Below are positions 12,387 through 25,949 of a stretch of 64,000 nt of DNA, piece by piece. The stretch lies in assembly GCA_036172245.1 (NCBI GenBank), contig JAYWIR010000014.1, positions 434,001 through 498,000 of the forward strand. Direction: 5' to 3'. The notes beneath the pieces were generated by a model. That model was not told the DNA's origin and searched no databases. It saw nothing but the letters and a program-made list of their open reading frames with translations. The stretch's first letter is position 1, and every line of letters begins with the position of its first letter. The DNA is from Raillietiella orientalis. Taxonomy: Eukaryota. The position numbers and the translations under genes are program-made.

Positions 12387-15170
12387 ATGGAACAATCTGA
12401 AGTTGATGCTTTGTGAATCGAAGTGGACACTTCTCGCGCCTCCATCGGCATCCTCCTCGAAGAGTCTGGTTAGAATTTATGCATTTCGGGCCGCTCCTTC
12501 ATGTGAGGAGATAACGGAACTTATCGCAGTCGGTGCTTCGTAGAGATGGATGAAAGATCTGCTGAATGATTCCCGATTTTTCCAAGTCTGGGATTGCACT
12601 ACAGGGTTCTCTTGAAATTTTAAGAAATATCGCCTGCAGAAAAACGTTGTCTACAAGGAGGATCAAGCAGAAACGATTTTAGATTAACTCGTTCCTGATT
12701 GCTTCACGGTATCCATCAACGCATTATCAACAATTTGTCTGACTATCTCAAAGATAAGGATGATTAATGAAGCTCAGAAGACCAACCAAGAGTTTGAGCA
12801 CAGAATAGGAGGAAGGAAGAGAGGCGAAACAAAAGACTTTGTTTCTGTATCTTCCTCTGTTAAAAAAATGGAGAAAAATTCTTTAAAGGATTCCGGTAAA
12901 GAGCTCCAGCAGCTGCAAAAAAAGATATCACATGTTTTACCGATTTGGCGCTACAGATAAATTCCTCTCTTTCATTTGTAGTTAAACGCGAAGAATACGG
13001 AAACCAAAAATAATGCAATGCTTGAAGAAAAACGGATTTGTAATGGAAGCAGACTCTCAAGAGGGAATGTCATGACCAAGACATCGAGGCACGTACACGC
13101 TTTTCCAACTGTCTGTAGGGAGGCAGCTCAAAAGAGAAAATTGAGATTTAAAATCTTCCTGCAAGAGAACCAAAAATTTTCCTGATGCTCCTGCTTCCAG
13201 CTTTTTTTGTTTCGTGTGCTTCTGCACTCTGTGCACTTTGAACGTTTCTGATTGAGTACAGAACTTTCCCTATGGATCGTTACGGAAGCAGGGAAATTTT
13301 TGCTTCATTTGCTTCTTTTATTGACATGTTTTTAGATGAGACTCTGGTAAATTTAAAGATTTTTCCAGAAACTTCGATCTTAGCGCCAACAGTGAAGCAA
13401 GATTTCGACGATGCCTACCTTGGGAGACAAAGACAGAAAAAGGGGAAGAGAAAACCGAATGAAATGAAGTACACGAAGAGACTGTGGAATATGGTAGAAG
13501 GTGCAAAACACGAAAATGGCTCATCAACCTCGATAATTGATTTCCTCCAGCTTTCCCGCGTGAATTCTAAGATGAGAATACAATGCACAGATATTATTCC
13601 ATCTTCAGTTTGACTCTAACAAAAGCTCATCTACTCCTATTTCCAGAACGACTGCAGTGTTGCAAATGGAAGATTTGGAAACAAAAATCGGGGAATCTCT
13701 TGAGAAACCCTCCATAACTCTTATCGATCGGTTTTGAAAATCAGACAATTTCTCTTATGAATTCGGTTATAATTTGGTCATTCGGTTTTCGAGAAACTTC
13801 GAGATCTGTCTTGATTTTCAACCAGATTCCTCCAAGTTTTCGAACTTGGAATGGATGTTCTATTTAAAGGAACCAAACCCATCTACCAAGTCGACAGGGA
13901 ATCGCGCAATTTCGTGTTCACTTTGGCTAACGGTAGTTTGGGTTTAAAGTATTTTATGTCTTCCTGTCCTGTTCCATCAACAAGATCCAAAGGTCTGCAC
14001 ATACTTTGCGTTTTTCCTGATGGATCTCAGGTCCTTGTAACTCTGGATTTTGAAATCTCACCCAATAAAACATTCTGCATCCAGTTTGTTTGGTCTTCCT
14101 GAAAGGATCAAGGGACAGTTATGTGAACGTGCGATGCTGCAAAAAATGGAATCTGGAATCTTCCGACGCACTTCCAGTGATGCTTACGTGGTGAGAATCC
14201 ACGTGGCAGCCCAATGTTCACTTGAAATCAACCACCATGAACACATTCACTCAGTCACGTGCTTGCGACCTCCGTAGAAAATTTCCTTCACGGATTTTCT
14301 TTTATTAATTATAATCACTATTAGCTTTCGGAGTTTCCATTTAAGAGAAAACGTAATTTCGAATTCCAGAATGACAGCAGAAGAATTGATCGCATTGCTG
14401 AGTACCAAAGGATAACTAGAAGAGAATTTTTGCAACTGATCTAGAAGAAGAAATTCTAGAAATGAAAAAAAAAAAAAAAAGAAAGTGCAGTAATTCAAGA
14501 TTCCTGCTGATAGAAAGTATTCATCGTTACGATGTTCTTCTAAATTCTCAAAACCGAGTATCTATCTAGCGGCGAGAATCCGGAGGTATCTTTGGATTCG
14601 CCAACCTGTGAAAAATTCTTTCAGGATCCGTTGCATGCGTTTTCAGCTTCTTACGAAGTGTCATGAAAGTCATATCTCTTAGTTACTAAGAGCTTGCACG
14701 TTACTCAAGCTGGATGCTGAGTAATGTGTTCAGGAATAGGCAACAACCATAGTTGTTTATGATGCTAATCGCAATTTATAAGATAGAGACTACCTCCGTA
14801 TTCAGTTCACTTCATTGTGCATGGTAAAAGGAAGATCACTTGAGTATGGCATGAGCAGCGTTCTCGATTACACTGGTGTACGTACCTCTCCATTCAGAAG
14901 CCAGAGCACGATCACATTCTTCTACCGAATTTCGAGCCGCTCCCGGAAAAATGCGTCCAGAGGAAGCAGTGAACTCTGGCCTGATTTTTTGCTCCCGAAA
15001 ATTCAATTTCCTCCGTTTCCGAACAGAGTATTTGGGAAGAAATCAGTTAATCGTTTTCCGCAAGCCCAGATCTGAAACGAAACGTCGGGCGTCAAACTGG
15101 AACGACCTTTCATTTAGAGATGAGCTAAACTGCTTGATCGTAATGAACAGGTGCGGAATTCGCTACTAGC
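12387..15170 (+). pseudogene. Bunyavirus-like L EVE-C, part 1 (cap-snatching endonuclease and linker)
   Basis: ATG at 12387 after an AT-rich leader. LVPDCFTVSINALSTICLTISKIRMINEAQK (~12688-12780) follows the PD...(E)xT....K endonuclease register at about codon 100. After removing the LINE at ~15200-17800, the distance to premotif A is about 950-1000 codons, as in bunyaviral L. Confidence 0.55.
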
Positions 15171-15199
15171 AAAGTGTGCACGTGCAGCATTGTGTAAAG

Positions 15200-17800
15200 C
15201 ACATTCACAGCAGAGCACGCAGTTTCCCTGAACTCTCCTCATTGTTTTCCTTTTCGGCTCCCTCATACAGCTAATGCAATGGCGCTTTTCCAGTCTCGTG
15301 TGATTTTGGGCCCTACACGGCTTTCGGACCACAGTTCTCTGACGCTGTTATCTTGCGAAAGAGCGATGCGTGTCTGCAACCTCCAGCGGATTTTGCTTCC
15401 TCGAGTGTCTAGAATAACCAGTCGATCTCTTTGAAACATTTTCGAATGAGGACTTTTGACTTCTTCACCGACTCCACCGTTTTTTCTCTGTGCACTGGCA
15501 GATCGTCGAGATGCAATAATTCGGTAGGGAACCGGGTGAAGCATCCAGAGAGGGCAAGCCGACAATGAATAGGGTAGACATTCTGCCATCGCGGTTGGCC
15601 GAGCTTTCATGCTGCAGCAGCAAGACTCTAGCCACAATGCAGATAGGAGATCACTGGTGAGTTTCTGCTGCCTTGGAGATCGCCATTTCTTCCATGAACT
15701 AGATAACATTGGACAACTAGATAACATTCGAGCTGGCACAAGATTGGGCAGCATACAAAATTCTGTGAGAGGTGAGCACCGTGCCGGGAAATTCGTGAAA
15801 TATAGCGATCCTTCGAGGCAATTTCAGATTGAATTTGGGCATCCAAAAGACACCATTAAGCAGGTGATGGATCCAGCTTTCGTTGCCGATGAAGATTGGC
15901 AGGCAAAGAATTGAAAATCCAAAAATTCACCTTCTAATTCTATCTCGCAAGACATGTGAAAACGTACTCGAGCAGTCTTGATCCCCTCTGCTGAAATCAA
16001 GAAGCTGCTTTCCTGGTGTGCAACAAATCCCAAAGTGTGTGGCACAGAAGATCCTGAAACCCAAACCTGCATCACATTCTGCACCCAAGGCAGAAATACA
16101 ACGGAGACTCGAATTTTTTGAAGTAACGTGCGGAGGACTTGCTTATGGCTAAGACAAGGATAAGGGTGGGAGCTGGGAGATGCACGGGATGCACGGGAGA
16201 TGCTTAATGGAGGCAATTTAAAACGTAGGAAGCTAAGTGCAGGGACGGAGTGTGGAACTGTTGAGTGACCGCGGCAACCCAAGGAACTCAAAGATTCTCC
16301 AGTAGAATATAAACGATAGGAAGGAACCCCCTTCTGTCTTCAATACTTTTTACTCTTGAGCTCAATACCTCAATAGAATGGTCATTTTTAGGCTCAGGAC
16401 CTGTTGAGGAACGCTTTGTGGGAATCTGAGAGGTCCAGGATCCTCCTCGAAGACTTTACGACTCCGTGTCAGTATGCTGGCTTAGGCATCCTGAAGCTGG
16501 CGCAAATCGGGCTGCAAGTGTAGTTTTGAATGCTGGCACTGTGCTAATCTGTAGACTTCCCTGTGGTGTGCGCTAGTACTCCTTGCCCTCCGGCGATGCA
16601 CGGCCAGCGAAGGACCGCTCTCGTTGTTGCGGCGTTTCCGATATCGGATGCGGGGATTTGGCTTCCTGCTCATGCAACCCACCTTCTTTTCTGGAAGTCC
16701 AACCTTGGATCTGCTCCAACGTTAATGTCTGGAGTTGGTATTATGGTTATTTCCTGGACTGCCCACGTGGAGATCAGCCCAGTGGAACTTCACCCCCTGT
16801 GTCATGTCTCAAGCCATCCTCTGGGAGGAAATACTGCAGAACTCTGGGAAGTGGTCGGTCCTGGCTTTGCATCCCTTCCTGCAGAGCTATCTGCCCAAAG
16901 GGCAAGCAAAGACAGTTGCCTCCCAGCGAGGTGGGAGTTCTCTAGAACCGTTGCAGGAAAGACCGAACTCCTGGACGACTGGAAGATGCGCAAGCTGGTG
17001 GATGCCGCCACCATGCGCATCCAGGCGAGGGTTCTGCCTCGTTGGAACGAAATTCTCAGTGCTGCTCCAGTAGAAATTGTGATCCTTCCCTTATATCTGA
17101 AAACATCGGTGTTCCCGATAAGCTGAAAGCACGAGGTGCTACTGTTTTTGCATCTGGGAATCCAGTGCAATCAGCACATGAACCTCGTCTCCAGAAAAGC
17201 TGCATCTTCGTACTGTTCTAGGTACGATCCAATGGAATCGATCTCGCATCTACCCTCCACGAACTATGGCAGAGTCTAAATTCAGCGCTCTTGCACCAGG
17301 AGGACACCGCCCGCTACCTGTTGCAGAGATCCTTCGAGGGTACGCGGCAGACTCTCTGCTGGTCAAAGATCGGTTGCATACGCTTCAACGTCACGATCTA
17401 CCTGCAGATGCAAGCTCAGCAAAGGGAGGTCCCGAGCATGGCAGCCGCCCACATGAGCAGGCTGCAGTGGCCCCATCTGGAAGAAGTAAGAACCGAGTTC
17501 GCAAGCATCCAGCTCCGCTTCTGGAAGGAAGGAACGGACCTATCTCCACCCTCCTATTATTTATTTCTTTACCGCCTCCTCCCACTTATTCCGGACTTTT
17601 CTCGGTTTCTTTTACAAGGAACAAGACATACCCAATACATATCTGCCATTATATTTTTTTTCTTCCTTCTATTTTTATTCCCTTCCATCCGTCCTGGATT
17701 TTTAGAGTGGCCGACCTGCATGCCACCGGACCCTCCCCTTGAACGCACTTTTTATTTGTTTCCTGACGAGAACCGCATTCCCAACTTGCTTGTTTTAATC
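15200..17800 (+). mobile_element. Decayed L1/Tx1-type LINE ORF2 remnant with T-rich 3' region (LINE A)
   Basis: NQSISLK (~15420, RPISLL-like); GRNPLLSSILFTL (~16320, QGxPLSPxLF-like); LLRNALWES...TPCQYAGLGIL (~16400-16495, PxxxGGLG-like); CSRYDPMESISHL (~17213-17250, zf-RVT); C-terminal QWPHL; T-rich tail ~17550-17800. Confidence 0.7.
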
Positions 17801-17829
17801 GAATAAACCCCTCAGCGTGACCAGGTGAC

Positions 17830-18960
17830 AAAATTCAACGCTTGGATGTCCTAGAAGGAGATCCTTGGTTGGAGACGCAATGTCTCTCTCCCACCTCTCC
17901 ACGCAGAAACTTTAGGTGCGAGATTTCAGCGTGATCCTCGAAATTACACATCACCGACACAGCATGATCCGACATTTTCAATCTATTTCTTATCCATGCA
18001 CACAACAGCACACGTCGTGGATTGGTGCATATTGTATTGGTGTGACCAGTATAGCCAACCACGTATGAAATTTATGTATGCATACGGAATTTTTCATTTC
18101 CACATGCAGATATTTCCTCGACCTTTTTCTATTGCTAGACTTTTCATTACCAATGACCATTGGAGAGAGGCACTGGACTAATGAGCAGGATTTCGTTGAT
18201 TCCAGAACATCAGCAAACTCGAAACCCACAAAAAAGCGCGGCTAAAGTCTCGTCCTTCTTTTTAGATTCTTCCAAATTTTTGGTAATTACAAGGTACATT
18301 TTGGTAATTCACACAGCTTTGCATCCTGGAATCAAGCTGTCTCTAGTATGGCTAAGAAAATCAGATTTATCCGTGTAGACTCCACTTCATAACACACAGT
18401 TGATGCATTTTTATAGCCGCAGAGATTTAAATGTGCATCATCCCCTGAACACTCATCTTTCCATTCCTGATAACGAAGAGATAAAGCCTTCTCATGGTAG
18501 CACTCTGTTTTTGCAAATTCATCACAAAACAGCAAAGTTAGGGGCGCACTTCCTGGCTTCGTCATCTGTGTTCACTAGTGACAACATCTGTGTTGCTTTC
18601 CATGATAAAGATTATCCTTCCATCAGGAGATATTACCCTGATATCAGCAAGGATTCTTTTTTGAAGCATTATTGAAAGCCAAGAAATGACTTCTCTTATG
18701 GAAACAAGACTTTCCTGGATTCTTCGAGAATGCTGCTTTGAAAGATGGCACACAAAATCTGTGAAGGAATGGAGCATGATGAAAATCACGAAACAGCGGA
18801 AAACAAGAGTGTATTAATCAAAAAGGAATCGCGTCACCAATTCTACTGAGAACGTGCGAAAGACTTGAGCTCTGACAAGCAGTAGAAAACTGAAGGTATG
18901 CTGAGTTTCCATGGTTTTCACTTTACATAGCATGAACTTGTCCACTTGAAACAAGGACGT
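17830..18960 (+). pseudogene. Bunyavirus-like L EVE-C, part 2 (RdRp core)
   Basis: QKL*VRDFSVI (17904-17936, premotif A); FITNDHW (18143-18163, motif A-like); *PQRFKCASSPEH (18414-18452, motif B WxQG..N..SS..H, with TAG and AGA each one substitution from W and G); VFTSDN (18568-18585, SDD motif C); NKTF..LRE (~18700-18735, D/E-like). A-to-B spacing about 85 codons. ORFs 18160..18378 and 18400..18675 share a frame. Confidence 0.7.
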
Positions 18961-18969
18961 TAGTCTTCT

Positions 18970-20500
18970 ATGACAGATATTCCATCAGTCTTCCACCCAC
19001 TCGTTCCAAGGAAGCAAGTTCCACTTGCCGGCACGGGACACAGTGTGGAACACGTTCGTGGCTCACATCTTTCGCTTCCTACTTTTTGTTTGCTCCTCAC
19101 TTCACAGGGTAAAAAAGCAGACAAGGGGTCTCCTGCGAATTCCTCTGTGGGGCACTGGGAGATCCAGAGCCTGTTTGAAGGATTTTTGTTCTCCGCGTCG
19201 CGATGGTGGTCTCGGCTCCCTGACTCTGGAGCATCTGGAGCGGCAGCTGGAATGGAGAACTTTGGCCCTAGTGCCGAAGCACTGGAGCATTAACTGGTGC
19301 GAACTAAAACGCCTCCGAGTCAGACGAGCTACCGGCTCTTTCCTTGTGCGGAGCCGCCTCAATGTGTCCCATGTGATCTTCAGCTACGTAGCTGTAGTGA
19401 CCATAGAGAACACCTGGATCCCCTGCCGCCCCGCAAACGGTAGTGCCTGGCTTTAAGAAACCGTGGCACGTGGGCGAAGATCAAGCCTGAGGCAAGCCCG
19501 GAGTTACGACAACTTCTACAACAGCTGCTCCCTCCAGATCGTCGTGCATACCCCCAAGTGTTCGTGGGCAGAACGGACTGCTCTTGACTCAACCCTGCCT
19601 TTCCTGGGGGAGCATCGCAGCAGCAACAACCTACCAGCAAAATGGGAGCTCTTCTAAGAAATTACCTCTAGATGAAGAACGATAGATGGTTGGACCATGG
19701 CCAGCTGACAGACGCTGTGGTCCCAGGTTCTCCATTAAAAGGACTTTTGCGCTGGGGTGAGCTGATGAGAATTCCTCGTAGAAGGCTCAAGTGCCCCCAA
19801 CGCTCCTGAACAGCCACATTCTCCTTCTCAAGTGGTGGAAGTCGGCGCTTCTGCTGTTGCAATGGGGCCTTCCGTGCAACGCCCGCTCACATTGCTGTAC
19901 TCGGGTGTGTGTGGACCCAAACTGCAGCAGGTGCAGGAAACGTTAATCTCTCCCGCACCTGCTTGTGGACTGGACTGTGTTGCCGTGCAAACATTCTAAG
20001 AACATTCTGCAGCGATAACCCCCCGGACTGCATGTGACTATCCCAGGGATGTACTGAAACTCCTCTTCGTGCGCAACGCATTGCTTCCAGTCGCATCCCT
20101 AACAGCTCTTTGCTACCTACGCAGGATTTTGGCGAACTGGAGCAAATACAGAGGAGGAGGACGCTCCAGGGACGCCATACACTTTGCCTTACGGTTTTTG
20201 CGAGGGCAAAGAGATGAGATCAGGTGATGAAAATACAAAAGCAACTTACCGTCATCCTGGAGAAGATGCGAAGGACTGACTCCAATAGACTGTGATCCCT
20301 TCCCGTGCTCCCGCTTCCCTTCCAAAGTTATTTTATCTATATCTATATTTTCATTTTGTTTTTGTGTCCTCCCATCCCTTCTGCTGTCGAGACCATCCTT
20401 ACCACTCTATGCACTACATTCTCGGGAAGTTTCAATAGTCAGGACGTGATAGGGTCGATGGTCTTGCAACCCTTGTCATATCTATTTTTAATAAATAAAT
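18970..20500 (+). mobile_element. 5'-truncated L1/Tx1-type LINE remnant (LINE B)
   Basis: LLRIPLWG...FCSPRRDGGLG (ORF 19025..19456); DPNCSRC..SLPHLLVD zf-RVT (~19915-19970); T-rich 3' region ~20310-20500. Homologous to the LINE A segment at ~16400. Confidence 0.75.
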
Positions 20501-20649
20501 GCCCCGGAAAATCCGGGTGAAAGTCCACCTGCTCTCCAGAAGGAACCCGTAGAATCCAAGGAATCTCGCCGCAACTGATTTGGCTACTTTCATGGAGCAC
20601 AGCCAGGGCTGCCCATGTGACTCGTGCGGCTCCGTGCAGGAGCTCCATT

Positions 20650-23185
20650 CATGCCTAGGTTGCAACTTCGCTTCACTGCCCGGCAGCATAAAGGATTACA
20701 CTTGGTTGAAGCTGGTTGTGCCACTGTTCTAGTTTTTTTTTGAGCCACTGATAGAAAAAAATTTAGTTGCCTGCATGCAAGTAATTTCCTTTGTTCATTT
20801 GCATCCTTCAAGCGTCAGTATTCCTCATGGAGGATTTCATTCTTGGCTAAGCACCATCTGCTCCCTGACGGTAGAAAGGGGGCACATGCTTCAACCTCTG
20901 ATTCACCTCACAGACTGAGAAACTGATATTTGTGGACGTCCTGTTGCTGCGGTTTATCTTGGTACTTCGGATTTCCTGGCTCAGGATACCTGTGAGAGGC
21001 CCCATTTCCCACATGGAAAATATCTTGCTTTTTGGAGACAACGGCTCCATACTTCATACCAATGCTGATACAATGAAACTGGCACATCAAAACTACGCCC
21101 AAGGGTGCAGGCAATACTGCATTTTATTAAAAACAACAGGTTATTAATTGCATCGTTGTAACATTTCTCACAGAGTGGGTGTTTTCTTAATTCACTTTAT
21201 TACCCTCGTTCAGTTCCTGGAAGCGCGGCTGTTCCCTTGCTAATGGCAATTTGAATGCGAATAGCCTCCTGCGAGCTTGAAGCCTGCTTTTCGTATAGCG
21301 CTGAGCTTGATCTCGGCGTTTCAGAAGTTAGCGAAAGAGCAGGCATGTCCAAGCACCACCAGGAATATCTCTTCATGTCCGAATGAACAGATTGGATAAA
21401 GTCAGCAGGCACAACAGCCTCCGCTTTGATATGTCGTAGCCTTGCAATCCAGACAAAAATTCTACTGCTCGACTCAAGATATTCAATTATGTGTGGAAAA
21501 AAAAAAAAGGAAAAGAAAAAGAAAAGGAAAATAAGAAGGAATACGGCACGGAACTCTGGGAAATCTTGCCCATTCAGCAAGCGGCATCTTGTCACTCTGG
21601 CGGACTTACCAGAAGGGAAGTCTCATAAATAACCAAAATCGAGTTTCTGGTCCTCAGATTTTCCTTGTTCTCCCAAGCAACCCTCAAACTTGCCTCGGTG
21701 TAACACATCCGCACTTGCTTTTCTAATTTTAATTTGTTTTAAGCAATATTGTTTGGTCTGCGGATACTTTGTGTATTCCTCCCTACAAGGATCAGCATTT
21801 CTTCTGTCATGAAAGAACCAATAGCATGGAGGTAATCACAGCAAATACATACAACACCAGAAAAAGCAGACTGAATTATTCTTCCTCCCCGCGGTTGACC
21901 AAAGGTTTTGAAAACATGCTGGCACCTGATAGCATCAGATGCTGTTTCCTAGCTGAATTCCAAGCTTCGATCTTCAGGTAGGGATTGTTCACTCGAATTT
22001 TCAGCACCAGCACGACGGCCACTTGAGGAAATTGGAATTCCAAATCCTGGAGTTTCTTAGTATACGTTCTCGGAGCAAAATGGCTCGGACTTGGATGGTA
22101 CCAGCAGGTAGCAAACACAGGAGGCTAGGCCCACATCATGTGATTTTGATTTCAGCAAAGCGTGCTTCAAAACAACAGTCATGAGCAGCAGCTACTTCGG
22201 ATTAAGTGGCTATCGTCTGTGCCGACGCAGATGAGGAAATACGTCGAGAACATTTTCCGATCTCTTGTCTCATTGTTCCTGCTCTTGCGCAGATAACTGT
22301 TTCCGTGATGAAACCCCCAACTTGCTCATCAATTTTTGAGTGACAAAAGGCACGTGAAATGCCCGTGGCGGGAAGCTGCATGGTTCGATGAAGAAGATAA
22401 ATAAACAGACAGCAATATTGGGAGTCTTGATAGACTCCAAAGATGAAAAGACTGTTTTTTTCCGCAGTCGGATCAAGACCACCTACCACAGACCTAATTT
22501 AGTGCTTGGTCATGTACGAGATCTCTGCTTCATCTTTTGATTGCTCGCGCTGATTGCTATAACTACTGAAGCTCTTCGAACTCCCTCAACGGGAATGGAT
22601 GAAAAGATCTGCCTTTGTGATCCAGCTACTGCGAAATCTAAATAAGAAATATGTTCCATGTTTCCATCAATAAAACATTTCTCTTATAAAATTAGAAGAA
22701 TGTAATAAAATAATTCCTCTGTAATAAAATGGGAAGATCATGGGTGTGCATTTCTCCCCTATAAAAAGTGCATGCTTAGCAAACGTCGGTAACGTAGCAA
22801 CTTTCGTCCGACTTCAAACTATTGGGGAAATGAGAAAATGGGTCAAAATAGGGAACAGAAGTACTTGTTCCATTTCTTCTTCTGTGACTCGGCTCATAGA
22901 TTTCAGAAACGCCTCCCTGCTTCGTTATTCCCGAGATCCAGAGAGTGGTTGCGTTAGAGGTCAGGAACATTTCGTAGGACTGGGAACCGCAAGCATGCGG
23001 AGAGGTGCTAAAAGTTAGCATGGATCTGACATCACATGGGAGTTTCCCGTTCTGCTGCTCACGCGGCCGAGATGGCTCCCCATGAAGTTCCATAAAAAGT
23101 CGGAAAGCGATCCTTAGGTATATGGAATTTGCCTTTGTGAGTTGATAGGACACTGAAACGCCGACGTCTCTTCGCTCCAAGTCAT
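20650..23185 (+). pseudogene. Bunyavirus-like L EVE-C, part 3 (thumb and C-terminal region)
   Basis: GLHLVEAGCATVLV (~20693-20735) and SIPHGGFHSWLSTICSLTVERG (~20815-20880) resemble the post-motif-E KHGC and IPxxLxG segments. The remaining length fits an L of about 2200 aa. The downstream end is inferred from length only. Confidence 0.5.
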
Positions 23186-23275
23186 GTCACCCGGGATGAA
23201 CTACGGAGATAGGGGATTCGATTTCTATCATGCGGGAATCGAACTCCTGCTAGATTTGTGCGGATTCGAGCCCAC
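23186..23275 (-). repeat. Array of four non-identical tRNA T-arm/3'-end-like fragments (array 2)
   Basis: Minus strand reads gtgggctcgaatccgcac.. / gcaggagttcgattcccgc.. / aaatcgaatcccctatctccg / tagttcatcccgggtgac. Period about 18-25 nt, each unit with a TTCGA-type T-loop and stem. Confidence 0.65.
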
Positions 23276-24949
23276 GAATTCGTACGCAGCCTCCATGTAG
23301 CAGAGAGTGCGGCGGATACCGCTGAGGATGATTTGCACGGCATCCTTCCCGTGCAGTCCCGGTCCTGAAATGTGACTTTTCAGGAGTAAATGTGAGTTCC
23401 ACATTTCGAAATCTCCAAAACGCATTGTTTTTTTTTTCTTTTTTTCCCTTCTGCGCTTGGAAGAACTTCCGCTTTTCGGATTTCCGAAGAGAAAATTTCC
23501 CTGCTCGAGTTCGAAAGTACCCGCCGCTTTCATTAATCAAAAGCAACAGCCTCACAGATGTGTGTCCGGGCCGATGTCGGACACTCGGCATTGAAAGCAG
23601 ATCCCCCTAACTCCTCGCTTCATGTTTTTATTTATTTATTTATCTTCGTTCGTTATCCACTATTCGTCCCGTTGTTTCCTTGCTTGCGATCTACCTGTGA
23701 GTCAGCGCAATCCATGATAGGGATGCACTCTGCGGTTATGCCACGCGCATTTATTTACATATAAATAAGCGTCCCTGGGCAACTGGGTTTCGAGTCTCCT
23801 CGCTATATGAGAATTTATGGTTTCATTTGCTGGCTGCGGAGAACACTCTGCAGACGTATCAGCTTTCGTGAGAACAGGGATAAACAGTCATTAAAAAAGA
23901 CAGAGTTGAGTGGCTCGTAAACCCATAAAAATGGTGCCTCTGGACCACGTTTGGATTTATTAGCTGTTCGTGATTAACTGGAAATCAGAACTTTTCCACC
24001 CACTTCCTCATCCCCTACCCAGTTCATTCCGTTTCAATTACCAGGAGTGTTCAGAGGACGCGGCCTGACCGATAATCCTGCCGGGTTCGCGAGACGAAAA
24101 TCACAATCTGAGGTAGTGTGGAATCCATCATCGGATCAGGCGGCGCTCTGGATGTCACCATTGCGTTACTCCGATTCTCGAGTAGGAATCATGGAGAGGT
24201 CGGCTCGAATACGAAGCTTCGTAGATGGAGACTTCAGCGGGGAACAAGGTCTCTGAGAGCTGACAACGCTCATTCTTGCATGAGTGTATGCAACATCTTG
24301 GCACTCAGTGTCCTCTTAGAGTAAACCAGTTCCAGCTGAACCCATCCCAGGCCCTAATGCTGCTTACTGTTCCTGCTAAAGGGTGCTCAACTCACCAGGC
24401 TCAAGACCGACTTGTATCCTTTCTTGAACCTCACATGATGTCATAACTTCACAGTCACGCTGGCCTACTCGCTGACTTGAAGTTAATATCACCATCGATC
24501 GATCTCCTCGAAAGAGAAACGGCGCTCATGCATCTCTAAAAACCTGGTTCTCAAAGAACCTCCACTGCCAGCTCTCCAGACGGATCTGAACGTTTCGCAA
24601 AGTTCGAAAGGAGGAACAAGAACAAGAACCCACACAATCGAGGAGGTGGCTAGTGGCAGAAAAGGATGCCAGAATGGAGAGCTTCCCTGAGCACGAAATG
24701 GGAATGGGTGGGAATCCTAGGGACTTCGTTCAGATTTTAGGTGAGAGGAAAGGTGTTTTTCTTGCTCTTTCATCTCTCCATAGCCCACAGAATCTCATTC
24801 TGGCTGCAGAGTGGAACCGGAGCAGCTCTGATGAACTGATCTTAGAATGGAAGGGCATCCATGCGTGTGATGACATTGGCAATTATGCTAACTGGACCCT
24901 GAAAATTCTGTGAATGAAGAGCAAATCTGGCTCTTCATTCTGATTCTGG

Positions 24950-25945
24950 TGCTTGATTACTGTTGAACTGATGAGACCAAGATCCCATATAAATTATCCA
25001 TTAATGAGAGTTCATAACGATGACCGTGCTAGAGCAAGAGCTGCTTAAGCAGCCGTTGGATTCAGACCCAAATTCGTGTGCACTAGAAGCTGTAGGATAG
25101 GCCTTGCCCTAAAGGCTTATCAATTGAAACAGATAGACACTTTTGGCAGAAAGTAAAGCTTTGAAAATCTGTAGCTGCGGGTCGATTTGTGCGTGTTGGT
25201 TCGCATGCAGCATCTGCCTAACAGCTCCTGGGGCTTAAAAATCCGAAATTTATGAGTGTATGCATTCGCTGATTCCCGTGGTTCTCATTCTGATAGGACC
25301 CTGTATCCAGAAAACTTGCTTGAGGAATCCGGATAGCAGAGTTTCCCGTTCCATTATGGAGTAATTCGATGAACACCACGAGAGGGCCAAACGAGCGATC
25401 ACACGAAGAGATCCGTGTTACGCTCGAGAATGTTCATTTGCTAATGTGGCCACGAATCCATCCATCCAGAGTCTTGAAGATATATGCAGATCTCTAACAA
25501 AGATTCTCGGACCAGATGCAAGGAGAATTATCCCTGCAGCCAAAGCACGAGCAAATGGGAGTTGCGGACCCTCACTGTTGTTTTCGGTTTAGACATTTTC
25601 AATATAAAGAAGAATGGCGTAACAAAAATACAATCACATTTGACCAGTGTATGAATATATCTTGGTCACATGCAGATAAACATTCTTTAAGATGCAGTAT
25701 CACGGCTCGTGTTGACGTACGGTCCCCTCGCGTGGCATTAAGCGTTGCGGACTTAAATCTCCATATGGAGGATCGACGTCGAAAAATGGTTTTTCATCCG
25801 GATATGCCGGGGCATTTATCATTAAAATTTCAACAGTATAAAATTTCATAATAAAGTCTTCGGGTTGATCCAGGTAGAACACGTGGTTTTGCCTGTCTTA
25901 CAACAGTTGTCTATACCGGACCGCAGACCAGTGAGGTGCAAAGGG
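24950..25945 (+). pseudogene. Polyploviricotina (bunya-like) RdRp fragment (EVE-D), truncated by a LINE
   Basis: ARECSFANVATNPSIQSLEDICRSLTKIL (25422-~25505, premotif A RE...ExIxRS register); ITFDQ (25633-25647, motif A-like); tentative *VQ(R)G (~25932-25946, motif B) at the LINE tail. The 5' extent is unknown and may reach ~23800. Confidence 0.45.
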
Positions 25946-25949
25946 GATA

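Noticed and set aside
12305..23176. Possible viral panhandle between agcgcgagagag and ctcttcgct at the ends of EVE-C
   Set aside because: The complementarity is too short and imperfect to distinguish from chance.
23186..23330. Intact tRNA gene
   Set aside because: Only T-arm/3'-like parts are present; no D arm, anticodon arm or acceptor pairing.
25700..25882. DPPY motif suggesting an N6-methyltransferase on the minus strand
   Set aside because: Isolated 4-mer with no SAM-binding motif; the opposite strand fits RdRp motif order better.
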